DNA of 61,319 nt from Candidatus Adlerbacteria bacterium (GCA_028286785.1 JAQBQX010000007.1:1-61319); one strand, 5' to 3'. Shown: positions 7,279-15,513, numbered from the stretch's first letter. Translations and numbers: made by a program. The notes: generated from the letters alone by a model not told the origin.

Positions 7279-7299
7279 TATTCTATAGAAGGAGGAAGC

Positions 7300-7554
7300 A
7301 TGTCCGACCTTGAACCGATTGCACTTTCTGACTCGTTGATCGATAAAATCAATGAAGTTGTCAGCCCCTTTGGCTGCTGTGCCATTGACCTAGGCGAAAT
7401 GGCTGTACGAGAAACGGAGCATTCGATCGTACGCGGCCCATCGGCTGTGGTCGACTTTCCGCGACGGTGCTCATCGCGCACTAAGAGAAAAATCCGGCAG
7501 CTCATTTTGCAGCAAGTCCCCGGCATCACCAAAGTGCTGCAACATAGAAATTAA
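7300..7554 (+). CDS. hypothetical small protein (84 aa)
   Basis: Strong SD GAAGGAGGAAGC immediately upstream of ATG 7300. The upstream part of the ORF-track ORF (from 7228) lies inside the repeat element and was discarded. Terminator follows. Confidence 0.6.
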   Translation: MSDLEPIALSDSLIDKINEVVSPFGCCAIDLGEMAVRETEHSIVRGPSAVVDFPRRCSSRTKRKIRQLILQQVPGITKVLQHRN

Positions 7555-7555
7555 A

Positions 7556-7578
7556 ACGGGCCCAGTGCCCGTTTTTTC
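7556..7578 (+). terminator. rho-independent terminator
   Basis: ACGGGC / CCAGT / GCCCGT followed by TTTTTT. Confidence 0.7.
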
Positions 7579-7579
7579 T

Positions 7580-7647
7580 TAAGGGAACACTTACGTCCAG
7601 GATAAGGGCACACTTATGTCTGGGCTTTCCAGACGCTGCTGGACGCT
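7580..7647 (+). repeat. box element copy B
   Basis: TAAGGGAACACTTACGTCCAGGA (7580-7602), TAAGGGCACACTTATGTCTGGGC (7603-7625), CCAGACGCTGCTGGACGC (7629-7646). Direct repeat of copy A, about 390 bp away. Confidence 0.85.
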
Positions 7648-7662
7648 ATCTGTAAAAACCGG

Positions 7663-7783
7663 TTGTGATATAGTTGGGAAGGACAGCGCAGGCAAATGTC
7701 CTTAAGTGAATCTACCGGGAGTCTGAAGGCGGTCATGCATGGCTTCGGTCACGTCATGACGATAGGACACCCACCTATCACAA
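7663..7783 (+). ncRNA. candidate structured RNA of unknown class
   Basis: Long-range helix TTGTGA(TA)TAGTTGGG (7663-7678) pairs with CCCACCTATCACAA (7770-7783). Internal hairpins AAGGACA...TGTCCTT and GTCATG..(UUCG-capped stem)..CATGAC. Preceded by box copy B and followed by a terminator. No ORF. Confidence 0.35.
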
Positions 7784-7810
7784 GGTAGACACTTGCCTGC
7801 GAGGTCCACT

Positions 7811-7838
7811 AAAAAGCTCCCGATAAGGGAGCTTTTTA
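7811..7838 (+). terminator. rho-independent terminator
   Basis: AGCTCCC / GATAA / GGGAGCT flanked by an A-run and TTTT. Confidence 0.65.
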
Positions 7839-7862
7839 GTATCCCGAGCACAGTTGAGGGCA

Positions 7863-9248
7863 ATGTATACTAAACAAATGTCATCAACCATACAGTTTTG
7901 CGGAGGCGCCGGCCTGGTGACCGGCTCCAACTTCCTACTCGACACCGGCGGCACAAAAATCCTGATCGACTGCGGGCTGGTGCAGGGCGTCAGCGCCGCA
8001 GATGAACTTAACTGGGACGCGTTTCCATACAACCCGGCAGATATCTCTTTTTTGATCATTACCCACGCGCACATCGACCATATCGGCCGCATCCCCAAGC
8101 TGGTTAAAGACGGCTTCAAAGGCAAGATTATATCAACCGATGCGACCCGTGCTTTGGTCGAGCCGCTTTTGCTCGATGCACACACACTTCTGCTCCATGC
8201 AGCCGAGTCGCACCAGCGCGAGCCCTTGTACGATGTGTCAGACATTAATCGTGCAATGGCACTGTGGCACGATACCCAATACCATAAACCGCAGGAACTT
8301 GCCGACGGTGTTGTACTCGAGCTATTCAACTCGGGACATATTTTGGGTTCGGCGATGGCAAAGTTCACTCGCAACGGTACGTCAATAGTCTTTACCGGTG
8401 ACCTTGGCGGCGGCAACTCACCTTTGTTGCCACTGTGCGAAAATCCAGCAAACCTGAAGGCCGAGTACTTGGTGATGGAAAGCGTCTACGGCGACCGCGT
8501 GCGCAAAGAGGATGTCGATCGCAAAGACTCGCTGCGCGACGCCATTGTGGCAGCTGCAGAGCGCGGCGGCACATTGTTTATCCCGGCGTTCTCGACCGAG
8601 CGTACGCAAGACCTGTTGTTCGAGATCCGCGCCATGATGCACGCGGCCGATATACCGCCCATGCCGGTGTATCTCGACTCTCCTTTGGCAGAAAAGATCA
8701 CAGCGGCCTTTAAGGCGCATCCGGAATACTTTGCGCCCGAGATTGCTGCCCGTGTACAAGGCGGCGAGGATATATTCAGCTTTCCGCAACTTCATTTGAT
8801 AGAAAACGCCGACGACTCACAGGCGCTGGCAAAACACCCTAATCCGAAGATCATTCTGGCTGGTTCGGGCATGAGCAACGGCGGGAGAGCCTTGGGCCAC
8901 GAGGCGCACGTACTGCCCGATCCGCACTCGACGGTGCTCATTGTCGGCTATCAAGCCGCAGGGAGCTTGGGCCGCAAATTGGTTGAGGGCGCCAAGTCGG
9001 TGCAGATATTTCGCCAGCCAGTTGTAGTGCGCGCACATATTGAGCATTTGTACGGATACTCGGCGCACATGGACGGCGCTGAACTTGTGGAGTTTGCACA
9101 GCACGCAGCCGAGGGCGGCACCAAAAAAATATTTGTGGTCATGGGCGAACCTGCAGCGTCGGCATTTTTGGCGCAGCGCATCAACGACTATGTCGGCGTC
9201 AAAGCCACCACGCCAGACGCAGGGGACACTGCCGATATCGATCTGTAG
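7863..9248 (+). CDS. MBL-fold metallo-hydrolase with beta-CASP-like RNA-processing architecture
   Basis: FLIITHAHIDHIGRIP (HxHxDH motif), GHILGSA, GDLG, and a C-terminal YSAHMDG motif typical of beta-CASP/RNase J-CPSF-like enzymes. Start uncertain (ATG 7863 or 7878). Confidence 0.7.
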   Translation: MYTKQMSSTIQFCGGAGLVTGSNFLLDTGGTKILIDCGLVQGVSAADELNWDAFPYNPADISFLIITHAHIDHIGRIPKLVKDGFKGKIISTDATRALVEPLLLDAHTLLLHAAESHQREPLYDVSDINRAMALWHDTQYHKPQELADGVVLELFNSGHILGSAMAKFTRNGTSIVFTGDLGGGNSPLLPLCENPANLKAEYLVMESVYGDRVRKEDVDRKDSLRDAIVAAAERGGTLFIPAFSTERTQDLLFEIRAMMHAADIPPMPVYLDSPLAEKITAAFKAHPEYFAPEIAARVQGGEDIFSFPQLHLIENADDSQALAKHPNPKIILAGSGMSNGGRALGHEAHVLPDPHSTVLIVGYQAAGSLGRKLVEGAKSVQIFRQPVVVRAHIEHLYGYSAHMDGAELVEFAQHAAEGGTKKIFVVMGEPAASAFLAQRINDYVGVKATTPDAGDTADIDL

Positions 9249-9257
9249 TACAATACA

Positions 9258-9896
9258 ATGAGTATGGAAATTGCCGATCAACATCAGCAAATAAAACTCG
9301 GTATTTCTGGCGCAGCAGAGACCGGACACTGCGGTGTCGATGCCTATGAAAAGGGTATTGCGCTAGGTAGCGAGATTGCTAAGCAGCATGGCATGCTGGT
9401 CAATGGCGCGACAACCGGCTTTCCGCTATGGGGAGCGATGGGTGCCAAACAAGCGGGCGGTTTTACTATCGGCTTTTCTCCGGCTGGTTCCGAAAAGGAA
9501 CATGTCGAGCGCTACAACCTGCCGGTTGAGTATATGGACATCATTGTCTACACGGGTTTTGGCTATTCGGGTCGCGACCTGATCTTTACGCGCTCGTGCG
9601 ATGCGATGTTTTTTGGCTGCGGACGCATCGGCACTATCCATGAATTTACAATCGCGTTTGAGGACCAAAAGCCGATGGGCATCCTCGAGGCAGGGTGGGA
9701 GACCGACGAGGTCATCAAGAACATTTTGCAGAGTGGCCACCGCCCCAACGACCTTATCGTGTTCGATACCGACCCCAAGGCTTTGGTGGAAAGGGTGATA
9801 GAACTGGTCAAAAAGGACAAAATAAACCGCGCAGCCTTCCGCTTTGAGGCATCCGGTGTTGGCACACCAACCCTGCAGCAAAAGTCGACACTCTAA
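9258..9896 (+). CDS. TIGR00725/LOG-like Rossmann-fold protein
   Basis: KLGISGAAETG...NGATTGFPLWGAMGAKQAGGFTIGFSP...GCGRIGTIHEF resembles LOG / lysine-decarboxylase-like family proteins. Confidence 0.5.
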   Translation: MSMEIADQHQQIKLGISGAAETGHCGVDAYEKGIALGSEIAKQHGMLVNGATTGFPLWGAMGAKQAGGFTIGFSPAGSEKEHVERYNLPVEYMDIIVYTGFGYSGRDLIFTRSCDAMFFGCGRIGTIHEFTIAFEDQKPMGILEAGWETDEVIKNILQSGHRPNDLIVFDTDPKALVERVIELVKKDKINRAAFRFEASGVGTPTLQQKSTL

Positions 9897-9933
9897 TAAA
9901 AAAACCGCCCGGACTGTCCGGGCGGTTTTTTTT
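9897..9933. terminator. bidirectional terminator
   Basis: A-run, CCGCCCGGA / CTG / TCCGGGCGG, T-run, between convergent genes. Confidence 0.75.
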
Positions 9934-9940
9934 AATGTAA

Positions 9941-10291
9941 TTACGAGACGTGTTTGACGATGCGTTCGAACACTTCAGGGCGGCTACCTGCCAACTCCGA
10001 GAGCATTTTGCGGTTAACCAAGACACCCTTCTTTTTCATCGCATCGATGAGGCGGCTGTAGGAAAGGGTAGTGCCCATAGTGTCGAGACCTCCGTTGATG
10101 CGGACAGTCCAGAGGCGGCGGAAGTCGTTCTTTTTGTCCTTGCGGTGCGCAAAAGAGTACTTGCCCGCGTGCACGATAGCCTCCATAGCTGGGCGCTTTT
10201 TGGTGCTGCGGCCAAAGCGGTAACCCTTAACCTGCTTAAGGATATTTTTACGTGTCTTATTTGATGTTACTCCTCCTTTTACGCGTGCCAT
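9941..10291 (-). CDS. rplT: 50S ribosomal protein L20
   Basis: MARVKGGVTSNKTRKNILKQVKGYRFGRS...; infC-rpmI-rplT order. Confidence 0.95.
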   Translation of the reverse strand: MARVKGGVTSNKTRKNILKQVKGYRFGRSTKKRPAMEAIVHAGKYSFAHRKDKKNDFRRLWTVRINGGLDTMGTTLSYSRLIDAMKKKGVLVNRKMLSELAGSRPEVFERIVKHVS

Positions 10292-10311
10292 AGTAGTGTA
10301 TTAAATAAAAA

Positions 10312-10497
10312 TTACTTGAAGTTGATGTAGCGCTGTTCGATCTTTTTGCTGAGGGTCAGTTTCTGTGAGCGGGCACCAGCCATCTGGGTCGAGCGCTTTT
10401 CCTTGGCGTTAAAGTGATTCTTGCCCGGCTTACGTGCAATAAGCTTACCGTTTTTGGTAACCTTCATGCGCTTGGTGAATGATTTGTTGATTTTCAT
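10312..10497 (-). CDS. rpmI: 50S ribosomal protein L35
   Basis: MKINKSFTKRMKVTKNGKLIARKPGKNHFNAKEK...; 61 aa, basic. Confidence 0.92.
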   Translation of the reverse strand: MKINKSFTKRMKVTKNGKLIARKPGKNHFNAKEKRSTQMAGARSQKLTLSKKIEQRYINFK

Positions 10498-10506
10498 ACA
10501 GAATTC

Positions 10507-11067
10507 TTATTTTGCCTTGCTTGCACGCTCCAGTACTGTCGAGAGTCCTTTTGGGCTCTTGCTGATAGGCTCTGCCATCTTGTACTCGTGGGGGATCAGC
10601 TTCAAAAATCGCTCCAAACGCTCTTTTAGAAAGTTAAACTCCATGTACTTGTACCGGCCCCACAGAAAGAGGTCTACTTTGACCCGGTGGCCGTCTGCCA
10701 GCCAGGCTGCGGCCTTTTTGGCCTTGAGGTTCATGTCGTTGTCCCCGGTACCGATTTTCACCTGTACCGACTTGGTTTCAGTGTTGTGGGACTTCAACTT
10801 TATCTCCTTTCGCTTCTTCTCCTGTTCGTATTGGAATTTACCATATTCCATGATTTTTGCAACTGGAGGGACCGCATTAGGGGAGATCTCGATGAGGTCC
10901 AAACCGGCCTTTTCTGCCTCGGCCAGGGCCGCGGCAATAGGCAAAACCCCGAGGTTTTCCCCCTCGGCGCCGACAACGCGGACCTCTGCAGCACGGATCT
11001 GGTTATTTATTCGAGTTTCCAAGGCGTTTTGTGCCAATACTATACTAGGGAATTGCCTTAAAAACAA
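10507..11067 (-). CDS. infC: translation initiation factor IF-3
   Basis: INNQIRAAEVRVVGAEGENLGVLPIAAALAEAEKAGLDLIEISPNAVPPVAKIMEYGKFQYE. The true, probably non-ATG, start is likely downstream of the 11067 TTG given in the ORF track. Confidence 0.88.
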   Translation of the reverse strand: MFLRQFPSIVLAQNALETRINNQIRAAEVRVVGAEGENLGVLPIAAALAEAEKAGLDLIEISPNAVPPVAKIMEYGKFQYEQEKKRKEIKLKSHNTETKSVQVKIGTGDNDMNLKAKKAAAWLADGHRVKVDLFLWGRYKYMEFNFLKERLERFLKLIPHEYKMAEPISKSPKGLSTVLERASKAK

Positions 11068-11072
11068 GGCTT

Positions 11073-11741
11073 TTACAAGGGGGCATAGACCGCTGGACCC
11101 TGCAGGGTTATGGTGCGATCACTCTCGGTATGGCTAGCTCGGCCCGCTGCCATTAAAAGGAAGGTAGTGCCGTAGGTTGGGACCGAGTAGTTCATGGTAG
11201 CCCGGCCTACGCTGTCTGCGTGGGCGGTGGCGACCACTTTGCCGTTGACCATCAGCTCAACCAATTCGCCTGGGGCAAAACCCTCTACAGATGCCTGACC
11301 CTGGCTGCCGCGTGCGACGTAATAGCTGTCGGGGTTAAGGTTCGGATAAAAGGTCCCGACCACAACAGTAATAGGGAAAGACTTACCGCTCTGATTGCTG
11401 GTCAGGGTAAAGGTCTGGCGTGAGTCCGCAAATGCAAACGGGACAACATAAAAACCCTGATTGATAAACGAACCGTTGCTTGATGCTGTGACATTCATCA
11501 CGCCGGTGTCGCGTGGTGCCGTAATTGTGATGGTATCGCTTGGTGCAAAGTCACGTCCCGAAAATGTGATAGCTTGCCCCGGCAGCACATAGTATGTTGA
11601 TGCCGATACGCTTGGGTAATAGGTGGCAACCTGGTTGTACTGGTGATAGGTGTACTTTGGTACCGATGCAGCCAAAAGTGGTGTCGCGCTTATGAGTGCT
11701 ACAGAAGCAACTGCAATAACTGCATACTTGTGGAGTCGCAT
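11073..11741 (-). CDS. hypothetical secreted protein
   Basis: N-terminal signal peptide MRLHKYAVIAVASVALISATPLLAAS. No recognisable family. Confidence 0.6.
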   Translation of the reverse strand: MRLHKYAVIAVASVALISATPLLAASVPKYTYHQYNQVATYYPSVSASTYYVLPGQAITFSGRDFAPSDTITITAPRDTGVMNVTASSNGSFINQGFYVVPFAFADSRQTFTLTSNQSGKSFPITVVVGTFYPNLNPDSYYVARGSQGQASVEGFAPGELVELMVNGKVVATAHADSVGRATMNYSVPTYGTTFLLMAAGRASHTESDRTITLQGPAVYAPL

Positions 11742-11877
11742 CTGTACACTATATACAAGGCGTGCTGTGCTAAAGATGAAGCTGCAAGCAATCTAAATTT
11801 TGCTTTAGACCATTTTTCACATGAGCTTCAGCGCATGTGTGTACTATAGAACATTATCCGATTAACAACTCAACTTT

Positions 11878-12162
11878 ATGGCAACAATCGTAAATAATCC
11901 GAGCACCGGTACACGGTACCGCGATGATTCGATGTCAGTGACTGGGTGGGTAGTAGCGCTTGTTGTTCTGGCTCTTGTTATACTCTTCGGAGTTTTTGTA
12001 TGGCCTGGGGCATATAGAGCATCGACTCCTGCTACGGGAACACCCTCAATCAATGTGACAGCTCCTGCGGCGCAAACTAACGGCGCTGCTACAACACCGG
12101 GCACTTCTGCAGGATCAGGTTCATCTGTCGGCGGTAGCGCTACGGCACCAACCGGGTACTAG
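11878..12162 (+). CDS. small single-pass membrane protein (paralog of 13552..13791)
   Basis: MATIVNNPSTG..., one TM helix (WVVALVVLALVILFGVFVW), low-complexity Ala/Gly/Ser/Thr tail. Confidence 0.6.
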   Translation: MATIVNNPSTGTRYRDDSMSVTGWVVALVVLALVILFGVFVWPGAYRASTPATGTPSINVTAPAAQTNGAATTPGTSAGSGSSVGGSATAPTGY

Positions 12163-12178
12163 CGAAAGTAATAAAGCA

Positions 12179-12213
12179 CATCACCGATTCCGGCCAGGCC
12201 GGAATCGGTGATG
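12179..12213. terminator. bidirectional hairpin terminator
   Basis: CATCACCGATTCCGG...CCGGAATCGGTGATG, a long perfect palindrome between convergent genes. Confidence 0.65.
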
Positions 12214-12220
12214 TCTGTGT

Positions 12221-12601
12221 CTACCAGTACAGCCAAAGGCCGTAGGTACGCAGTATCGGCCCTAAATAGTATGATGCGACGTTGCATAAAAATGACGCGA
12301 CAATTGCGGTGCGCCATGATACGTTCAGAAAATATCGGTACACGACAGCCTCGACGATAAATACGAATGGTTCGCTAAACAGCAGCGACGTTTCGCGTGG
12401 CCAGTCGGTTACATAAGGAAATACAAACCACACGTACGGTATCGTTGCAAAATTGACCAGCAATCCGACTTGTATGAGTGTGCGTGTCGACACAAACGGG
12501 CGGCGAAACACGGTGCGCAGCAGCAACACCAAAATGCCGGTTTCAAGCAGTGCGGTAAATGCCATGGATGTAATGAACCGGTGGATGTAGTCGATGGTCA
12601 T
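12221..12601 (-). CDS. hypothetical membrane protein
   Basis: Start taken at internal Met (MTIDYIHRF...). Multiple hydrophobic helices. Confidence 0.5.
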   Translation of the reverse strand: MTIDYIHRFITSMAFTALLETGILVLLLRTVFRRPFVSTRTLIQVGLLVNFATIPYVWFVFPYVTDWPRETSLLFSEPFVFIVEAVVYRYFLNVSWRTAIVASFLCNVASYYLGPILRTYGLWLYW

Positions 12602-12648
12602 GTATGTAGTATATAAGAAAAAGTCCCACACATGTGTGGGACTGAGTA

Positions 12649-13050
12649 TTACGCACACAAGATCACGATGCCGGTCACCGCGGCGATAGCCAGGCAGGTA
12701 AGTGCCAGTATGGCAATAAGGCTGTGCGCTCCTGGGTATTTGTCGCCGCTAAAGCGAAACCATATTGCTATAAACATCGCGAAGGATGTTATTGCAAAGC
12801 AAAGATGGACTTTAAAAAGGTCAGTGTCCATCAGCGGAGGATGGTGGACAGTCCGGGCGTATATCTCTACTACTAGGATAGTAAAGAGAAATACAAGAAT
12901 GCTCCACTTTGCCCAGCTGCGATGCGAATACATGGCAACTGGGAAATCCGAACTTCCTACTTTGCTGCTCGTTCTTCCTCCGGTGTAAGCGGTGACTCCA
13001 AACAGGGTGCTGACCACTATGGTCAGGCCGATGATTAGATTTATCAACAT
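12649..13050 (-). CDS. hypothetical membrane protein
   Basis: 133 aa with 4 predicted TM helices (MLINLIIGLTIVVSTLFGV...). Confidence 0.5.
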   Translation of the reverse strand: MLINLIIGLTIVVSTLFGVTAYTGGRTSSKVGSSDFPVAMYSHRSWAKWSILVFLFTILVVEIYARTVHHPPLMDTDLFKVHLCFAITSFAMFIAIWFRFSGDKYPGAHSLIAILALTCLAIAAVTGIVILCA

Positions 13051-13090
13051 TCCCGACTCCTATGTCCTTCGGCAGTATATACTAGACGGT

Positions 13091-13462
13091 ATGAAGTTTC
13101 CAACTGCGAGAAATATGTATCGGACCTTGAGCTGTCTCGCACCCGTGGCGCTTGTGGTTGTTGTGGCAATGATGGCACAGGCAACCCTGGTGGGGGATGC
13201 CCTCCATTATCGATTGGCCCTGTACGCCATGCTTGTCGTGGTGCTTATTATGGAAACTCGCGTGCGGCTGGGCTTTCGCCAGCCTCGGCGGATCCTTTTT
13301 ACAACTCATATTCTTTCATCGGTCGGGTTTATCGCTGCGGCGGTAGCGCTTGGATTTTTTATGCAAAGCCCGATGCTATCAAACTTTGCACTTGTGCTAT
13401 GCGTTGCGGTGGTTCTGACAGGAAGCATGCTGTTTTACAAAGGACTCAAGCTGGCACGCTAA
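13091..13462 (+). CDS. hypothetical membrane protein
   Basis: Start taken at MKFPTARNMYR to avoid overlap with the divergent gene. Hydrophobic helices throughout. Confidence 0.45.
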   Translation: MKFPTARNMYRTLSCLAPVALVVVVAMMAQATLVGDALHYRLALYAMLVVVLIMETRVRLGFRQPRRILFTTHILSSVGFIAAAVALGFFMQSPMLSNFALVLCVAVVLTGSMLFYKGLKLAR

Positions 13463-13551
13463 TCTATACCCGCTTCATATACGCTTCAGGTGCGGGTAGT
13501 ACACTCAGGTGTGTTCGATATTTTATCCGTTTTGTGAATTAAATTGTTTTT

Positions 13552-13791
13552 ATGGCAACAATCATCAACACTCCAGGTGCATCAAACGAAGATTCGTCCG
13601 CTGGATGGGCAGTAGCGGTCATGGTCCTTTTGGCGGTCGTCGTTGTGGGCGCATTCTTGTACTTTCGTTATAACCGTGCAGCTGCTCCTGCAGCGCCGGG
13701 CGCAAATATTAACGTGACTCTCCCTGCACCAAGCGGCTCTACTAGTGGCGGGGCAGGCAGCGCTAGCGGCTCAGGAAGCGCAACTCAATAG
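13552..13791 (+). CDS. small single-pass membrane protein (paralog of 11878..12162)
   Basis: MATIINTPGAS..., TM helix WAVAVMVLLAVVVVGAFLYF, Ala/Gly/Ser tail. The 5' coding sequence ATGGCAACAATC is shared with 11878. Confidence 0.6.
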   Translation: MATIINTPGASNEDSSAGWAVAVMVLLAVVVVGAFLYFRYNRAAAPAAPGANINVTLPAPSGSTSGGAGSASGSGSATQ

Positions 13792-13815
13792 ACTCGATAA
13801 CCTCCTTGCCTCAAC

Positions 13816-13842
13816 AAAAAACACCCCGCTCGGGGTGTTTTT
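13816..13842. terminator. bidirectional terminator
   Basis: A-run, CACCCC / GCTC / GGGGTG, T-run. Confidence 0.65.
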
Positions 13843-13860
13843 GCTTCAGAACCCAATCAA

Positions 13861-14418
13861 TTATTGGATCTTGAGAGTTGCGAGGATCACTTTGAGGTCT
13901 GCACGTGCTGCCACGAGTGCTGCCTGTGCAGTCTTGAGCTGGCTTGCCGATGTGCTGAGTGTTGTGGTCGATGCAGAAGTGCTGCTTGCATTTTTTGCCG
14001 CTGCGGCAGCATTTGATGTTGCGTTGCTCAACTGTGCGCCTAAGTCGTTAAACGTTTTTTGCAGCTGTACTGATGTGTTGTTAGTTACTGCGCGCGCTTG
14101 AAAGGTTACCGTCATCTTGCTCATGTTTGTTGCTACTGTCTGTACTTGTCGTGCCGCTGCGTTTATTGCTGCTGCAGTTGGCGCAGTGCCGAGCGCTGCG
14201 GTTGTGCTGGCTGATGCGGCAATCTGCGTATCAAGGATCCTCATCGAGTCCTTGATAGAGATATCGGCAGAGTTGGTAGGGGTCTTGGCAGCAACGGCCG
14301 CAGCCGCAGGCTGGTCAGCTGTGCTTGTCTTGTTGCCTAATACTCCGCTCATCCACACTGCGCCTGCAAGTACGGCGACAATGATGATTATCAAAACCCA
14401 CTTAACTGTCTTGGACAT
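13861..14418 (-). CDS. membrane-anchored Ala/Ser/Thr-rich protein
   Basis: Start at MSKTVKWVLIIIIVAVLAGAVW (signal anchor). The rest is low-complexity and coiled-coil-like. Confidence 0.5.
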   Translation of the reverse strand: MSKTVKWVLIIIIVAVLAGAVWMSGVLGNKTSTADQPAAAAVAAKTPTNSADISIKDSMRILDTQIAASASTTAALGTAPTAAAINAAARQVQTVATNMSKMTVTFQARAVTNNTSVQLQKTFNDLGAQLSNATSNAAAAAKNASSTSASTTTLSTSASQLKTAQAALVAARADLKVILATLKIQ

Positions 14419-14541
14419 ATATAAATTCGCATTCTTTAAAATAATAAAAGTGAATGCTACACCCAAAGTATATCACCCACTTATAAAAGCTAGGCTATAC
14501 TGTCAGTAGCAAGATATAGATATTAATTAACGCACAATCAA

Positions 14542-14859
14542 ATGGATAAAGTAGACAAAGTAAAAGAGCACGGAGAAGGGTGTATGTGCATGGGCTGCAT
14601 GGGAGGCCGCCACTGGGGACACATGTTGGTGCGCATACTTATCGTGCTGTTTATTTTTTGGGCGGGCGTGCAGTTCGGCGAGCTCAAGGCCACTGTGGAA
14701 AACAATTTCGGCAACAATATGGTGCAGGGCCGTTGGGGTCAGCAGGATATGATGTATTCAGCACAACCTATGCGCGCTATGACAACATCGGGTACGTGGG
14801 TATCAGGCGAGGGCGCAGTCAAAGTGATGAAGCTTTCGACGAGCACCTCGGCAGAGTAA
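14542..14859 (+). CDS. hypothetical small membrane protein with Cys/His-rich N-terminus
   Basis: HGEGCMCMGCMGGRHWGH followed by one TM helix. Confidence 0.45.
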   Translation: MDKVDKVKEHGEGCMCMGCMGGRHWGHMLVRILIVLFIFWAGVQFGELKATVENNFGNNMVQGRWGQQDMMYSAQPMRAMTTSGTWVSGEGAVKVMKLSTSTSAE

Positions 14860-14876
14860 TAATTTCTGATATACAC

Positions 14877-14906
14877 AAAAAAAGCCCCGACTTAGTCGGG
14901 GCTTTG
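14877..14906. terminator. bidirectional terminator
   Basis: A-run, GCCCCGAC / TTA / GTCGGGGC, TTT. Overlaps the stop of the convergent MOSC gene. Confidence 0.65.
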
Positions 14907-15440
14907 ACGTGTTGCTGACCACGCTATCACTTCGATAGGGTCGCCCGACATAATGCGGTTGCCAATACCACTGACAATTGAGCACAAAAGTCCTCGACGC
15001 TTGTATATTCTTTTGACCAAGAGTCGATGTATTGTGCTTAGGTTAATACACGGCTCATTCTGCTCGGTTACCCGCAAAACGCACAATTCCGAACCTGCGG
15101 GATTCCTGATAAAAATCCGGCTCCCATCCGCAATGTTGAACAGGTCTCCAAGTCCTTGGGTGGTGATGTTCTCACCCAAGGTACCGGGCCGCATTTCAAG
15201 TCCGAGTTCTTGGTTGAGACTGTCGATCACTTCTATCGCAAGTAGGGTAATATGTCGGTCAATGTTTGGCTTAAACGTTCCGGGCTTGCTGAAGCTCCGG
15301 CGCATTTCGCGGTTATGACAATCGCCCTCGAGTCCCCAGCGACCAATAATTGCATCACCTGCTTCGTCTTTTTGCGGGTGATGCGGCTCGCCGGTACGTA
15401 GTTGGTCAAGCGTGCTTATCTGAAAGATCTTGCCGCGCAT
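14892..15440 (-). CDS. MOSC domain-containing protein
   Basis: GDCH...RHITLLAIEVIDSLNQELG...RPGTLGENITTQGL...LRVTEQNEPC pattern typical of MOSC domains. Start taken at the second Met, preceded by GGAGG. Confidence 0.65.
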   Translation of the reverse strand: MRGKIFQISTLDQLRTGEPHHPQKDEAGDAIIGRWGLEGDCHNREMRRSFSKPGTFKPNIDRHITLLAIEVIDSLNQELGLEMRPGTLGENITTQGLGDLFNIADGSRIFIRNPAGSELCVLRVTEQNEPCINLSTIHRLLVKRIYKRRGLLCSIVSGIGNRIMSGDPIEVIAWSATRQSPD

Positions 15441-15474
15441 TACTGCCTCCATGTGTAAGCGTTTCGACTATCTA

Positions 15475-15491
15475 CCGCTACAGTAGCAGAA
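15475..15491 (-). promoter_or_regulatory. shared operator/promoter motif, copy 1
   Basis: CCGCTACAGTAGCAGAA contains the perfect palindrome GCTAC-A-GTAGC. It lies upstream of the MOSC gene, and GGTACAGA follows at about 10 nt. Confidence 0.45.
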
Positions 15492-15513
15492 GTTGGGGAG
15501 GTGGTACAGAAAG

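Noticed and set aside
7228-7299. N-terminal extension of the 84-aa ORF (MSGFFQTLPDAEG...), and the similar peptide MSGIFQTLPDA in ORF 30606..30860
   Set aside because: The shared peptide is just the translation of the repeated box/tail DNA. A strong SD precedes the internal ATG at 7300.
7778-8416. 212-aa minus-strand ORF
   Set aside because: It is antisense to the MBL/beta-CASP hydrolase gene, which has clear catalytic motifs. No SD and a low-complexity translation.
10421-11137. 238-aa plus-strand ORF
   Set aside because: It is antisense to infC and rpmI, both unambiguous.
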